The notes under the pieces were generated by a model. That model was not told the DNA's origin, ran no database searches, and was given only the letters and a program-made list of their open reading frames with translations. From assembly GCF_011045215.1 (NCBI RefSeq), contig NZ_CP049201.1: a stretch of DNA of 64,000 nt; one strand, 5' to 3'. Below are positions 23,397-34,794 of this stretch, in pieces. The translations under genes and the position numbers were made by a program. The DNA comes from Escherichia coli (lineage in GTDB: Bacteria > Pseudomonadota > Gammaproteobacteria > Enterobacterales > Enterobacteriaceae). Positions within the stretch are counted from its first letter, which is position 1. Each line of letters starts with the position of its first letter.

Positions 23397-25178
23397 ATGG
23401 CAAAAATGAGAGCCGTTGACGCGGCAATGTATGTGCTGGAGAAAGAAGGTATCACCACCGCCTTCGGTGTTCCGGGAGCTGCAATCAATCCGTTCTACTC
23501 AGCGATGCGTAAGCACGGCGGTATTCGTCACATTCTGGCGCGTCATGTGGAAGGTGCTTCGCACATGGCGGAAGGTTATACCCGCGCAACGGCAGGGAAT
23601 ATCGGCGTATGTCTGGGGACTTCCGGTCCTGCGGGCACGGACATGATCACCGCGCTCTATTCTGCTTCTGCTGATTCCATTCCTATTCTGTGCATTACCG
23701 GCCAGGCTCCGCGCGCCCGTCTGCATAAAGAAGATTTTCAGGCCGTAGATATTGAAGCAATTGCTAAACCGGTCAGCAAAATGGCGGTTACAGTACGTGA
23801 AGCGGCGCTGGTGCCTCGCGTGCTGCAACAGGCATTTCACCTGATGCGTTCTGGTCGTCCGGGTCCGGTACTGGTGGATTTACCGTTCGACGTTCAGGTT
23901 GCGGAAATCGAGTTTGATCCTGACATGTACGAACCGCTGCCGGTCTACAAACCTGCTGCCAGCCGTACGCAGATCGAAAAAGCTGTAGAAATGTTAATCC
24001 AGGCCGAACGTCCGGTGATTGTTGCCGGGGGCGGGGTAATCAATGCTGACGCAGCTGCACTGTTACAACAGTTTGCTGAACTGACCAGCGTTCCGGTGAT
24101 CCCAACGCTGATGGGCTGGGGCTGTATCCCGGACGATCATGAACTGATGGCCGGGATGGTGGGTCTGCAAACCGCGCATCGTTACGGTAACGCAACGTTG
24201 CTGGCGTCCGACATGGTGTTTGGTATCGGCAACCGTTTTGCTAACCGTCATACCGGTTCGGTAGAGAAATACACCGAAGGGCGCAAAATCGTTCATATCG
24301 ATATTGAGCCGACGCAAATTGGCCGCGTGCTGTGTCCGGATCTCGGCATTGTCTCTGATGCTAAAGCGGCGCTGACACTGCTGGTTGAAGTGGCGCAGGA
24401 GATGCAAAAAGCGGGTCGTCTGCCGTGTCGTAAAGAATGGGTCGCCGACTGCCAGCAGCGCAAACGCACTTTGCTGCGCAAAACCCACTTCGACAACGTG
24501 CCGGTGAAACCGCAGCGCGTGTATGAAGAGATGAACAAAGCCTTTGGTCGCGATGTTTGTTATGTCACCACCATCGGTCTGTCACAAATCGCTGCGGCAC
24601 AAATGCTGCATGTCTTTAAAGACCGCCACTGGATCAACTGTGGTCAGGCTGGTCCGTTAGGCTGGACGATTCCGGCTGCGCTGGGGGTTTGTGCCGCTGA
24701 TCCGAAACGCAATGTGGTGGCGATTTCTGGCGACTTTGACTTCCAGTTCCTGATTGAAGAGTTAGCCGTTGGCGCGCAGTTCAACATTCCGTACATCCAT
24801 GTGCTGGTGAATAACGCCTATCTCGGCCTGATTCGTCAGTCACAACGTGCCTTTGACATGGACTACTGCGTGCAACTCGCTTTCGAGAATATCAACTCCA
24901 GCGAAGTGAACGGTTACGGCGTCGACCACGTAAAAGTAGCGGAAGGTTTAGGTTGTAAAGCTATTCGGGTCTTCAAACCGGAAGATATTGCACCAGCCTT
25001 TGAACAGGCGAAAGCCTTAATGGCGCAATATCGGGTACCGGTAGTCGTGGAAGTTATTCTCGAGCGTGTGACCAATATTTCGATGGGCAGCGAACTGGAT
25101 AACGTCATGGAATTTGAAGATATCGCCGATAACGCAGCGGACGCACCGACTGAAACCTGCTTCATGCACTATGAATAA
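23397..25178 (+). CDS. gcl: Glyoxylate carboligase (TPP-dependent)
   Basis: Start at [19 protein letters not shown] with SD GAGGTAGG upstream (the ORF track extends further 5'); 593 aa. Confidence 0.93.
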   Translation: MAKMRAVDAAMYVLEKEGITTAFGVPGAAINPFYSAMRKHGGIRHILARHVEGASHMAEGYTRATAGNIGVCLGTSGPAGTDMITALYSASADSIPILCITGQAPRARLHKEDFQAVDIEAIAKPVSKMAVTVREAALVPRVLQQAFHLMRSGRPGPVLVDLPFDVQVAEIEFDPDMYEPLPVYKPAASRTQIEKAVEMLIQAERPVIVAGGGVINADAAALLQQFAELTSVPVIPTLMGWGCIPDDHELMAGMVGLQTAHRYGNATLLASDMVFGIGNRFANRHTGSVEKYTEGRKIVHIDIEPTQIGRVLCPDLGIVSDAKAALTLLVEVAQEMQKAGRLPCRKEWVADCQQRKRTLLRKTHFDNVPVKPQRVYEEMNKAFGRDVCYVTTIGLSQIAAAQMLHVFKDRHWINCGQAGPLGWTIPAALGVCAADPKRNVVAISGDFDFQFLIEELAVGAQFNIPYIHVLVNNAYLGLIRQSQRAFDMDYCVQLAFENINSSEVNGYGVDHVKVAEGLGCKAIRVFKPEDIAPAFEQAKALMAQYRVPVVVEVILERVTNISMGSELDNVMEFEDIADNAADAPTETCFMHYE

Positions 25179-25190
25179 GGGAGATAAATA

Positions 25191-25967
25191 ATGTTACGTT
25201 TCTCTGCTAATTTATCGATGTTATTTGGAGAATATGATTTTCTCGCCCGTTTTGAGAAAGCTGCGCAGTGTGGTTTTCGCGGCGTTGAATTTATGTTTCC
25301 TTATGACTACGACATTGAAGAATTAAAACAGGTGCTGGCGAGTAATAAACTCGAACATACGCTGCACAATTTACCGGCGGGTGACTGGGCGGCGGGGGAG
25401 CGCGGTATTGCCTGTATTCCTGGCCGTGAAGAAGAGTTTCGGGATGGCGTAGCAGCAGCGATTCGTTATGCCCGTGCGCTGGGTAATAAAAAAATTAACT
25501 GTCTGGTCGGTAAAACGCCGGCTGGTTTCAGCAGTGAACAGATTCACGCAACGCTTGTAGAAAACCTGCGTTATGCCGCGAATATGCTGATGAAAGAAGA
25601 TATTTTATTACTGATTGAACCTATTAACCATTTTGATATTCCTGGTTTCCATCTCACCGGAACTCGGCAGGCGCTGAAATTGATTGATGATGTTGGTTGC
25701 TGCAATTTGAAAATTCAGTATGACATTTATCACATGCAGCGGATGGAAGGTGAATTAACCAACACCATGACTCAGTGGGCCGATAAAATTGGTCACCTGC
25801 AAATTGCTGATAATCCGCATCGCGGCGAACCGGGGACCGGAGAAATTAATTATGATTATCTCTTTAAGGTAATCGAAAATTCTGACTACAACGGTTGGGT
25901 TGGGTGTGAATATAAACCCCAAACCACCACGGAAGCCGGTTTACGCTGGATGGATCCGTACCGTTAA
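25191..25967 (+). CDS. hyi: Hydroxypyruvate isomerase
   Basis: 258 aa, TIM-barrel sugar-phosphate isomerase-like. Confidence 0.92.
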   Translation: MLRFSANLSMLFGEYDFLARFEKAAQCGFRGVEFMFPYDYDIEELKQVLASNKLEHTLHNLPAGDWAAGERGIACIPGREEEFRDGVAAAIRYARALGNKKINCLVGKTPAGFSSEQIHATLVENLRYAANMLMKEDILLLIEPINHFDIPGFHLTGTRQALKLIDDVGCCNLKIQYDIYHMQRMEGELTNTMTQWADKIGHLQIADNPHRGEPGTGEINYDYLFKVIENSDYNGWVGCEYKPQTTTEAGLRWMDPYR

Positions 25968-26066
25968 AACGTAACGCTGTTCAGGCAATGCTTTTTTAGG
26001 CCGCTAAGTTGGCAGGGGATCGTGTTGTCTGAATTCAGGAAAAGCGAAATTTAAAAGAGGTTAATT

Positions 26067-26945
26067 ATGAAACTGGGATTTATTGGCTTAGGCATTATGG
26101 GTACACCGATGGCCATTAATCTGGCGCGTGCCGGTCATCAACTGCATGTCACAACCATTGGTCCGGTTGCTGATGAATTACTGTCACTGGGTGCCGTTAG
26201 TGTTGAAACTGCGCGCCAGGTAACGGAAGCATCGGACATCATTTTTATTATGGTGCCGGATACACCACAGGTTGAAGAAGTTCTGTTCGGTGAAAATGGT
26301 TGTACCAAAGCCTCGCTGAAGGGCAAAACCATTGTTGATATGAGCTCCATTTCCCCGATTGAAACTAAACGTTTCGCTCGTCAGGTGAATGAACTGGGCG
26401 GCGATTATCTCGATGCGCCAGTCTCCGGCGGTGAAATCGGCGCGCGTGAAGGGACGTTGTCGATTATGGTTGGCGGCGACGAAGCGGTATTTGAACGTGT
26501 TAAACCGCTGTTTGAATTGCTCGGTAAAAATATCACCCTTGTGGGCGGTAACGGCGACGGTCAAACCTGCAAAGTGGCAAATCAGATTATCGTAGCGCTC
26601 AATATTGAAGCGGTCTCTGAAGCTCTGCTGTTTGCTTCAAAAGCCGGTGCAGACCCGGTACGTGTGCGCCAGGCGCTGATGGGCGGCTTTGCTTCCTCAC
26701 GTATTCTGGAAGTTCACGGTGAGCGCATGATTAAACGCACCTTTAATCCAGGTTTCAAAATTGCGCTGCACCAGAAAGATCTCAACCTGGCACTGCAAAG
26801 TGCGAAGACACTGGCGCTGAATCTGCCAAACACCGCGACCTGCCAGGAGTTATTTAATACCTGTGCGGCAAACGGTGGCAGCCAGTTGGATCACTCTGCG
26901 TTAGTGCAGGCGCTGGAATTAATGGCGAATCATAAACTGGCCTGA
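26067..26945 (+). CDS. glxR: Tartronate semialdehyde reductase (2-hydroxy-3-oxopropionate reductase)
   Basis: 292 aa; NAD-binding GLGIMG motif. Confidence 0.92.
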   Translation: MKLGFIGLGIMGTPMAINLARAGHQLHVTTIGPVADELLSLGAVSVETARQVTEASDIIFIMVPDTPQVEEVLFGENGCTKASLKGKTIVDMSSISPIETKRFARQVNELGGDYLDAPVSGGEIGAREGTLSIMVGGDEAVFERVKPLFELLGKNITLVGGNGDGQTCKVANQIIVALNIEAVSEALLFASKAGADPVRVRQALMGGFASSRILEVHGERMIKRTFNPGFKIALHQKDLNLALQSAKTLALNLPNTATCQELFNTCAANGGSQLDHSALVQALELMANHKLA

Positions 26946-27113
26946 TACCCGCAATAAAAATGGCCGATATCAGAATATGAATCGGCCAGCAATATTAAAA
27001 AAGAAAGCAGCCAAAGATGTTGCTTCAGTATTAAAAATAATATTTTTATTTTATTTGTTCCTCATAGCTAGATTAAAACAACGTTATTCGATACGTGAAA
27101 TTAAGAGGGATTT

Positions 27114-28568
27114 ATGGAACATCAGAGAAAACTATTCCAGCAACGCGGCTATAGCGAAGATCTATTGCCGAAAACGCAAAGCCAGCGGACCTGGAAAACA
27201 TTTAACTATTTTACCTTATGGATGGGTTCGGTTCATAACGTTCCCAATTATGTGATGGTCGGCGGCTTTTTTATTCTCGGCTTGTCTACCTTTAGTATTA
27301 TGTTGGCAATTATCCTCAGCGCCTTTTTCATTGCCGCGGTAATGGTATTAAACGGTGCTGCGGGCAGTAAATACGGCGTACCGTTTGCCATGATCCTGCG
27401 TGCTTCTTACGGCGTACGTGGCGCACTGTTTCCCGGATTATTAAGAGGCGGTATTGCTGCCATTATGTGGTTTGGCCTGCAATGTTATGCGGGGTCACTG
27501 GCCTGCTTGATTCTGATTGGCAAAATCTGGCCGGGATTTTTGACTCTCGGTGGTGATTTCACTCTGTTAGGCCTTTCTCTACCGGGCTTAATTACTTTCT
27601 TACTCTTCTGGCTGGTCAACGTTGGTATAGGTTTTGGCGGTGGCAAAGTTTTAAATAAATTCACTGCCATTCTTAACCCGTGCATCTATATCGTTTTCGG
27701 CGGTATGGCGATTTGGGCGATTTCGCTGGTCGGGCTCGGTCCAATCTTTGACTACATTCCGAGCGGTATTCAGAAAGCAGAAAACAGTGGATTCTTGTTC
27801 CTGGTGGTGATTAACGCGGTAGTTGCGGTCTGGGCGGCACCGGCGGTGAGCGCATCCGACTTTACGCAAAACGCCCACTCGTTTCGTGAGCAAGCGCTGG
27901 GGCAAACGCTGGGTTTAGTTGTGGCCTATATTCTGTTTGCGGTCGCCGGGGTATGTATTATTGCCGGAGCCAGTATTCACTACGGCGCTGACACCTGGAA
28001 CGTGCTGGATATTGTTCAGCGTTGGGACAGCTTGTTCGCCTCGTTCTTTGCGGTACTGGTTATTCTGATGACGACTATCTCCACTAACGCCACCGGTAAT
28101 ATTATTCCGGCCGGTTATCAGATTGCCGCTATTGCACCGACAAAACTGACCTATAAAAACGGCGTACTGATTGCCAGTATTATCAGCCTGCTGATCTGCC
28201 CGTGGAAATTAATGGAAAATCAGGACAGTATTTATCTGTTCCTCGATATCATCGGCGGAATGCTGGGTCCGGTAATTGGTGTCATGATGGCGCATTATTT
28301 TGTGGTGATGCGTGGGCAAATTAATCTTGATGAACTGTACACCGCACCTGGCGATTATAAATATTACGATAACGGTTTTAACCTCACCGCGTTTTCAGTA
28401 ACTCTGGTGGCCGTTATTTTATCTCTTGGCGGTAAGTTTATTCCCTTTATGGAACCGTTATCGCGTGTCTCATGGTTTGTCGGCGTCATCGTCGCCTTTG
28501 CGGCCTACGCCTTATTAAAGAAACGTACAACAGCAGAAAAAACAGGAGAGCAAAAAACCATAGGTTAA
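27114..28568 (+). CDS. ybbW: Allantoin permease (NCS1 family) YbbW/AllW
   Basis: 484 aa, about 12 TM helices. Confidence 0.9.
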   Translation: MEHQRKLFQQRGYSEDLLPKTQSQRTWKTFNYFTLWMGSVHNVPNYVMVGGFFILGLSTFSIMLAIILSAFFIAAVMVLNGAAGSKYGVPFAMILRASYGVRGALFPGLLRGGIAAIMWFGLQCYAGSLACLILIGKIWPGFLTLGGDFTLLGLSLPGLITFLLFWLVNVGIGFGGGKVLNKFTAILNPCIYIVFGGMAIWAISLVGLGPIFDYIPSGIQKAENSGFLFLVVINAVVAVWAAPAVSASDFTQNAHSFREQALGQTLGLVVAYILFAVAGVCIIAGASIHYGADTWNVLDIVQRWDSLFASFFAVLVILMTTISTNATGNIIPAGYQIAAIAPTKLTYKNGVLIASIISLLICPWKLMENQDSIYLFLDIIGGMLGPVIGVMMAHYFVVMRGQINLDELYTAPGDYKYYDNGFNLTAFSVTLVAVILSLGGKFIPFMEPLSRVSWFVGVIVAFAAYALLKKRTTAEKTGEQKTIG

Positions 28569-28627
28569 TTAATCCCGATATTGAACATTAAGTTAAAAAC
28601 CAATCTGTATTTTACAAGGAGTTTGTT

Positions 28628-29989
28628 ATGTCTTTTGATTTAATCATTAAAAACGGCACCGTTATTTTAGAAAACGAAGCTCGCGTTGTAGATATCGCCG
28701 TTAAAGGCGGGAAAATTGCTGCTATCGGTCAGGATCTGGGCGATGCAAAAGAAGTTATGGATGCGTCTGGTCTGGTGGTTTCGCCGGGCATGGTTGATGC
28801 GCACACCCATATTTCTGAACCGGGTCGTAGCCACTGGGAAGGTTATGAAACCGGTACTCGCGCAGCGGCAAAAGGTGGTATCACCACCATGATCGAAATG
28901 CCGCTCAACCAGCTGCCTGCAACGGTTGACCGCGCTTCAATTGAACTGAAGTTCGATGCCGCTAAAGGCAAGCTGACTATCGATGCGGCACAACTCGGTG
29001 GCCTGGTGTCTTACAACATCGACCGTCTGCATGAGCTGGATGAAGTGGGCGTTGTCGGCTTCAAATGCTTCGTTGCGACCTGTGGCGATCGCGGTATCGA
29101 CAACGACTTCCGTGATGTAAACGACTGGCAGTTCTTCAAAGGTGCGCAGAAGCTGGGCGAACTGGGGCAGCCGGTGCTGGTGCACTGCGAAAACGCGCTG
29201 ATCTGTGACGCACTGGGCGAAGAAGCGAAACGTGAAGGTCGCGTAACTGCCCATGACTATGTGGCTTCGCGTCCGGTATTTACCGAAGTGGAAGCGATTC
29301 GCCGCGTGCTGTATCTGGCGAAAGTTGCCGGTTGCCGTCTGCACGTTTGCCATATCAGCAGCCCGGAAGGCGTTGAAGAAGTGACTCGTGCACGTCAGGA
29401 AGGTCAGGACGTTACTTGTGAATCCTGCCCGCATTACTTTGTACTGGATACCGATCAGTTCGAAGAAATCGGTACTCTGGCGAAGTGTTCACCGCCGATC
29501 CGCGATCTGGAAAACCAGAAAGGCATGTGGGAAAAACTGTTTAACGGTGAAATCGACTGCCTGGTTTCCGACCACTCACCATGCCCTCCGGAAATGAAAG
29601 CCGGCAACATCATGGAAGCATGGGGCGGTATTGCCGGTCTGCAAAACTGTATGGACGTGATGTTCGATGAAGCGGTACAGAAACGCGGAATGTCTCTGCC
29701 AATGTTCGGCAAATTAATGGCGACTAACGCAGCAGATATTTTCGGTCTGCAGCAAAAAGGCCGTATCGCCCCAGGAAAAGATGCCGACTTCGTCTTCATT
29801 CAGCCGAATAGCAGCTATGTTCTTACCAATGACGATCTGGAATATCGCCACAAAGTCAGCCCGTATGTTGGCCGTACCATTGGCGCGCGTATCACGAAAA
29901 CCATCTTACGTGGTGATGTGATTTACGACATCGAACAGGGCTTCCCTGTTGCGCCGAAAGGTCAATTTATCCTTAAACATCAGCAGTAA
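28628..29989 (+). CDS. allB: Allantoinase (cyclic amidohydrolase)
   Basis: 453 aa; metal-binding HxH motif (DAHTH). Confidence 0.93.
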   Translation: MSFDLIIKNGTVILENEARVVDIAVKGGKIAAIGQDLGDAKEVMDASGLVVSPGMVDAHTHISEPGRSHWEGYETGTRAAAKGGITTMIEMPLNQLPATVDRASIELKFDAAKGKLTIDAAQLGGLVSYNIDRLHELDEVGVVGFKCFVATCGDRGIDNDFRDVNDWQFFKGAQKLGELGQPVLVHCENALICDALGEEAKREGRVTAHDYVASRPVFTEVEAIRRVLYLAKVAGCRLHVCHISSPEGVEEVTRARQEGQDVTCESCPHYFVLDTDQFEEIGTLAKCSPPIRDLENQKGMWEKLFNGEIDCLVSDHSPCPPEMKAGNIMEAWGGIAGLQNCMDVMFDEAVQKRGMSLPMFGKLMATNAADIFGLQQKGRIAPGKDADFVFIQPNSSYVLTNDDLEYRHKVSPYVGRTIGARITKTILRGDVIYDIEQGFPVAPKGQFILKHQQ

Positions 29990-30045
29990 TCTGGCCCCTG
30001 CAATGCCCGTCCTTGCGGCGGGCATTCTCCGGTTAAGGTGTGTTT

Positions 30046-31347
30046 ATGTTCAATTTTGCAGTCAGCCGCGAAAGCCTGTTATCAGGATTTCAGTGGTTTT
30101 TCTTTATTTTTTGCAACACGGTTGTGGTTCCTCCTACGCTACTTTCTGCTTTTCAGTTGCCGCAAAGTAGCCTGCTTACACTCACACAATATGCTTTTCT
30201 TGCTACCGCACTGGCCTGCTTCGCTCAGGCGTTCTGTGGCCATCGTCGCGCTATTATGGAAGGGCCGGGGGGCCTGTGGTGGGGAACCATCCTAACTATC
30301 ACCCTTGGCGAAGCATCGCGCGGGACACCGATCAACGATATCGCCACCAGCCTGGCAGTGGGGATTGCGCTCTCCGGCGTGCTGACGATGTTGATTGGTT
30401 TTAGCGGATTAGGTCATCGCCTGGCGCGGTTATTTACGCCGTCGGTGATGGTCTTGTTTATGTTGATGCTGGGCGCGCAGCTGACCACTATCTTTTTCAA
30501 AGGTATGCTCGGGCTGCCGTTTGGCATAGCCGATCCGAATTTTAAAATTCAGTTACCGCCGTTCGCGCTCTCGGTGGCGGTGATGTGCCTGGTACTGGCG
30601 ATGATTATTTTCCTGCCGCAACGTTTTGCCCGTTATGGCCTGCTGGTCGGCACCATAACCGGCTGGTTGTTGTGGTACTTTTGCTTTCCTTCTTCGCATT
30701 CGCTCTCCGGTGAGTTGCACTGGCAGTGGTTCCCGCTCGGCAGTGGCGGTGCTTTGTCTCCGGGGATTATTCTGACGGCGGTGATTACAGGTCTGGTGAA
30801 TATCAGCAATACCTACGGTGCGATTCGGGGCACTGATGTTTTTTATCCGCAGCAGGGCGCGGGGAATACGCGTTATCGTCGTAGCTTTGTGGCGACCGGA
30901 TTTATGACACTGATAACCATACCGCTGGCGGTAATTCCATTTTCACCGTTTGTTTCATCCATTGGTTTATTAACCCAGACTGGCGATTACACGCGGCGTT
31001 CGTTTATTTATGGCAGCGTTATTTGCCTGCTGGTGGCGCTGGTTCCTGCACTCACGCGACTGTTTTGCAGTATCCCTTTACCCGTGAGTAGTGCGGTCAT
31101 GCTGGTTTCTTATCTGCCTTTACTCTTTTCCGCGCTGGTGTTTAGCCAGCAAATAACGTTTACCGCTCGCAATATTTATCGACTCGCATTGCCGTTATTT
31201 GTCGGCATATTTTTAATGGCATTACCGCCTGTGTATCTGCAAGACCTTCCATTAACGCTGCGTCCTCTGCTCAGTAACGGCTTATTGGTCGGGATTTTAC
31301 TGGCTGTTCTTATGGATAACCTTATTCCGTGGGAACGCATCGAATAA
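30046..31347 (+). CDS. ybbY: Putative purine/nucleobase permease YbbY
   Basis: Start placed at ATG (MFNFAVSRE); multi-TM NCS2-like. Confidence 0.9.
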   Translation: MFNFAVSRESLLSGFQWFFFIFCNTVVVPPTLLSAFQLPQSSLLTLTQYAFLATALACFAQAFCGHRRAIMEGPGGLWWGTILTITLGEASRGTPINDIATSLAVGIALSGVLTMLIGFSGLGHRLARLFTPSVMVLFMLMLGAQLTTIFFKGMLGLPFGIADPNFKIQLPPFALSVAVMCLVLAMIIFLPQRFARYGLLVGTITGWLLWYFCFPSSHSLSGELHWQWFPLGSGGALSPGIILTAVITGLVNISNTYGAIRGTDVFYPQQGAGNTRYRRSFVATGFMTLITIPLAVIPFSPFVSSIGLLTQTGDYTRRSFIYGSVICLLVALVPALTRLFCSIPLPVSSAVMLVSYLPLLFSALVFSQQITFTARNIYRLALPLFVGIFLMALPPVYLQDLPLTLRPLLSNGLLVGILLAVLMDNLIPWERIE

Positions 31348-31368
31348 TTTGTTGAAAAAGGATTGATA

Positions 31369-32514
31369 ATGAAGATTGTCATTGCGCCAGACTCTTTTAA
31401 AGAGAGCTTAAGTGCAGAAAAATGTTGTCAGGCAATTAAAGCCGGGTTTTCGACCCTCTTTCCCGATGCGAACTATATCTGTTTGCCGATAGCGGATGGC
31501 GGCGAAGGGACGGTGGATGCGATGGTCGCCGCGACGGGCGGCAACATCGTGACGCTTGAAGTCTGCGGGCCGATGGGCGAAAAAGTGAATGCTTTTTATG
31601 GCCTTACCGGCGACGGGAAAACGGCGGTGATTGAGATGGCGGCAGCAAGTGGCCTGATGCTGGTCGCACCTGAAAAGCGTAATCCGTTGCTGGCCTCCAG
31701 TTTTGGTACGGGGGAGTTAATTCGGCATGCGCTGGATAACGACATTCGCCATATTATTCTCGGCATTGGCGGCAGTGCGACGGTCGACGGCGGTATGGGC
31801 ATGGCGCAGGCGCTCGGTGTGCGTTTCCTTGATGCCGACGGTCAGGTGCTGGTGGCTAACGGCGGCAATTTAGCGCGCGTGGCAAGCATTGAGATGGAGG
31901 AATGCGATCCGCGTCTGGCGAACTGCCATATTGAAGTAGCATGTGACGTTGATAACCCGCTGGTAGGGGCACGCGGCGCGGCGGCGGTGTTTGGCCCGCA
32001 AAAAGGGGCAACGCCGGAGATGGTCGAAGAGCTGGAACAGGGGCTGCAAAATTACGCCCGTGTTTTACAACAGCAAACTGAAATTAATGTCTGTCAGATG
32101 GCGGGCGGCGGCGCTGCGGGCGGTATGGGTATTGCGGCGGCGGTATTCCTCAATGCGGATATTAAACCGGGTATTGAGATTGTACTGCGGGCGGTCAACC
32201 TGGAGCAGGCGGTGCAGGGCGCAGCACTGGTGATCACCGGGGAAGGGCGCATCGACTCGCAAACGGCAGGCGGTAAAGCGCCGCTGGGCGTTGCGTCGGT
32301 GGCGAAGCAGTTTAATGTACCGGTGATTGGGATTGCTGGTGTATTGGGTGATGGCGTGGAAGTGGTGCACCAGTACGGCATTGACGCGGTATTCAGCATT
32401 TTGCCTCGTCTGGCACCTTTAGCCGAAGTGCTCGCCAGCGGTGAAACCAATCTCTTCAACAGCGCGCGAAATATTGCCTGCGCCATTAAAATAGGTCAGG
32501 GAATTAAAAACTGA
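31369..32514 (+). CDS. glxK: Glycerate kinase II
   Basis: Start placed at [11 protein letters not shown]; 381 aa. Confidence 0.92.
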   Translation: MKIVIAPDSFKESLSAEKCCQAIKAGFSTLFPDANYICLPIADGGEGTVDAMVAATGGNIVTLEVCGPMGEKVNAFYGLTGDGKTAVIEMAAASGLMLVAPEKRNPLLASSFGTGELIRHALDNDIRHIILGIGGSATVDGGMGMAQALGVRFLDADGQVLVANGGNLARVASIEMEECDPRLANCHIEVACDVDNPLVGARGAAAVFGPQKGATPEMVEELEQGLQNYARVLQQQTEINVCQMAGGGAAGGMGIAAAVFLNADIKPGIEIVLRAVNLEQAVQGAALVITGEGRIDSQTAGGKAPLGVASVAKQFNVPVIGIAGVLGDGVEVVHQYGIDAVFSILPRLAPLAEVLASGETNLFNSARNIACAIKIGQGIKN

Positions 32515-32560
32515 CCCTTACCTTTAAAGCGGATGCGATTTATATCGCATAAGAGTGCAG

Positions 32561-32665
32561 TACTCATGCCGGATGCGGCATGAGTACCATATCCTTCCTG
32601 AAAATCGCGCAAATTCTATATATTGCAGAGATCATGTAGGCCTGATAAGCGAAGCGCATCAGGCT
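32561..32665. repeat. Palindromic hairpin plus REP unit downstream of glxK
   Basis: Near-perfect inverted repeat GTACTCATGCCGGATGCGGCATGAGTAC followed by a REP-like unit TGTAGGCCTGATAAGCGAAGCGCATCAGGC. Confidence 0.5.
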
Positions 32666-32682
32666 ATATTGCAAAAAAAGCC

Positions 32683-32709
32683 ACGGTATAAACCGTGGCA
32701 AAATCCAAC
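32683..32709 (-). terminator. Rho-independent terminator downstream of allE
   Basis: On the minus strand: GCCACGGTTTATACCGTGGC followed by TTTTTTT. Confidence 0.6.
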
Positions 32710-32741
32710 ATAGCTAAAAATAATCAGGCGAGTGGTATGAC

Positions 32742-33527
32742 TTAAATCTCTACGTCGCGGTTGCAATCTTTCGAGTAAATATAGCTGAACGCTTCACCAC
32801 GCCCTACGCCATAACCAGCCTGTAAAGAATAAGCGCCCATAAAGATGTAATCGCCTTTTTTCACCGGGATCCAGTTATTGTCGAGGTTATAAACCCCCTG
32901 ACCGGAAAGAATATAGGCACCGTGTTCCTGAACGTGTGTTTCGATATAACCATGGCTGGCACCTGGTGCAAAAGAGAGGATATGCATGTTCATATCAAAA
33001 CCTAACTCTTTGGGCAGAAAATCCAGCAGGATCACATCATCCATACCTTCATAGTGAATGCGTTCCAGTTCGCTGGCATTGCCAGAAACAAGCCACGGTG
33101 CATGGCCTTCTACCGGAACATAGCGGCGCTTATATAAAAAGATTTGGCTGTCTTCGGCCTGGGCGTTAACAAACGTCATTAAGGAGCCTGGCGGGCAATA
33201 AAGATAGCCACCTTCGCTTAAGGCAAATGTTTTGCCTTCGGCTTTGGCAGTGATATTTCCAGAGATCACATACAGGAACGTTTCAATGCCTTCGCCACCG
33301 AAGCCCTGTTGGTTGCCACCGTTTTGATGCAGTGTGACCAGATAATCAACAAAAGAGGCACCCAGCTTTGGCGTGGAGAGGATTGTCGCGTCACAATTTT
33401 CAAAGCCCGGAATAATATTTTTTACCAGACCGTCTGGTGTTAACAGTGCGAAATTACCGTGTTTCACAATCGCACGGTTAGCCAGTAAATCATCGCGGTA
33501 ACCGGTGACGTTATTTAAATATCCCAT
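32742..33527 (-). CDS. allE: (S)-ureidoglycine aminohydrolase AllE (YlbA), cupin
   Basis: 261 aa, bicupin. Confidence 0.9.
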   Translation of the reverse strand: MGYLNNVTGYRDDLLANRAIVKHGNFALLTPDGLVKNIIPGFENCDATILSTPKLGASFVDYLVTLHQNGGNQQGFGGEGIETFLYVISGNITAKAEGKTFALSEGGYLYCPPGSLMTFVNAQAEDSQIFLYKRRYVPVEGHAPWLVSGNASELERIHYEGMDDVILLDFLPKELGFDMNMHILSFAPGASHGYIETHVQEHGAYILSGQGVYNLDNNWIPVKKGDYIFMGAYSLQAGYGVGRGEAFSYIYSKDCNRDVEI

Positions 33528-33537
33528 TTATGACTCC

Positions 33538-34773
33538 TTATTTCTGCCAGGCAAGTTGATAAAGCATGAGTGCCAACGTTTTGACCCCTTTGGCAAGGTC
33601 GGTAATATTGGTGCGTTCCGCCGGGTTATGGCTGATCCCGTTGATGCTGGGAATGAAAATCATGCAGGTCGGCACGCGAGGCGCGAAAATTTGTGCGTCG
33701 TGCCCGGCACCACTGTGCATCACCCGGTAATTCAGTTTTTCGCTTTCACACAATTCTGTCAGGGTGGCGACCAGGTCCTTATTCATCGGCACCGGTTCTT
33801 CGTCCATCCATAAATCGATATCAATACCAATGTCCATTTCATCGCAAATCGCCCGCATGTCGTTTTCTAACTGTTGGGTGAAATCACGCAGCACGGCGGC
33901 GTCGGTATGACGACAATCAATGGTGAACGTGGTTTTACCCGGCACCACATTCACCGTATTCGGGCGCGGCTCTACTTTCCCAAAGGTCAGCACCAGCGGG
34001 TCGCCCATCTTTTTCGCTTTTTCGATCGCCTGATGGCAAATGCGACTGAAAGCGTAAACCGTATCACGACGATAACCCATCGGCGTGGTGCCTGCATGGT
34101 TTGATTCGCCGTTCAGCGTCACCGTATAGCGACGTTGCCCGACAATTGCATTCACCACGCCAATTGATTGCCCATTACTTTCCAGCACACAGCCCTGTTC
34201 GATATGCAGTTCGACAAAGGCTTTAATATCCTGACGCGGAGTTAGCGGGGCGTCCGGCAGAGTAAATCCGCAAGCCTTCATCGCATCGACAAAACTATTT
34301 CCTTTGGCATCACAGATATTCCGCACGTCGTCAGGATTCGCCAGCCCAAAGATATTTTTACTGCCCCAGAAAACATACGGGAAGCGGCTGCCTTCTTCTT
34401 CCGCCATCGCCACCACTTCAACCGTACGCAGCGGTGCGCCGTATTGCGTTTTCAGCCAGTCAATTGCCAGCCACGCCGCCAGCGCGCCGAATTGCCCGTC
34501 GAGGTTACCGCCGTTAACCACGGTATCGATATGCGAACCGCTCAGAACCACTTCCTGTGGATATTCGGTGCCATTCAGGCGACCGTATAAATTCCCCACT
34601 TCATCGAAACGTGTTTCCAGCCCGCTTGCTGCCATTCTTTTTTTAAATTGCTGCTGGGTTTCCAGCCATTCCGGCGAATAAAGTAAACGGGTCATCCCAC
34701 CCGTTGGGTCAGCGCCAAATGAGGAAAGCCAGGGCAGCGCTTCTTCTATGGCTTGACGAAAATGTGTAATCAT
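33538..34773 (-). CDS. allC: Allantoate amidohydrolase
   Basis: Start placed at MITHFRQAIEE (411 aa); M20 peptidase fold. Confidence 0.92.
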   Translation of the reverse strand: MITHFRQAIEEALPWLSSFGADPTGGMTRLLYSPEWLETQQQFKKRMAASGLETRFDEVGNLYGRLNGTEYPQEVVLSGSHIDTVVNGGNLDGQFGALAAWLAIDWLKTQYGAPLRTVEVVAMAEEEGSRFPYVFWGSKNIFGLANPDDVRNICDAKGNSFVDAMKACGFTLPDAPLTPRQDIKAFVELHIEQGCVLESNGQSIGVVNAIVGQRRYTVTLNGESNHAGTTPMGYRRDTVYAFSRICHQAIEKAKKMGDPLVLTFGKVEPRPNTVNVVPGKTTFTIDCRHTDAAVLRDFTQQLENDMRAICDEMDIGIDIDLWMDEEPVPMNKDLVATLTELCESEKLNYRVMHSGAGHDAQIFAPRVPTCMIFIPSINGISHNPAERTNITDLAKGVKTLALMLYQLAWQK

Positions 34774-34794
34774 AAGAAAGTCCTGTCTCAATAA

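Noticed and set aside
26977-27255. 92-aa ORF between glxR and the allantoin permease gene (position of K-12 ybbV)
   Set aside because: Overlaps the permease start; AT-rich promoter-like sequence; Lys/Ile-rich product with no SD. Likely a non-coding regulatory region, although K-12 annotation lists a small ORF here.
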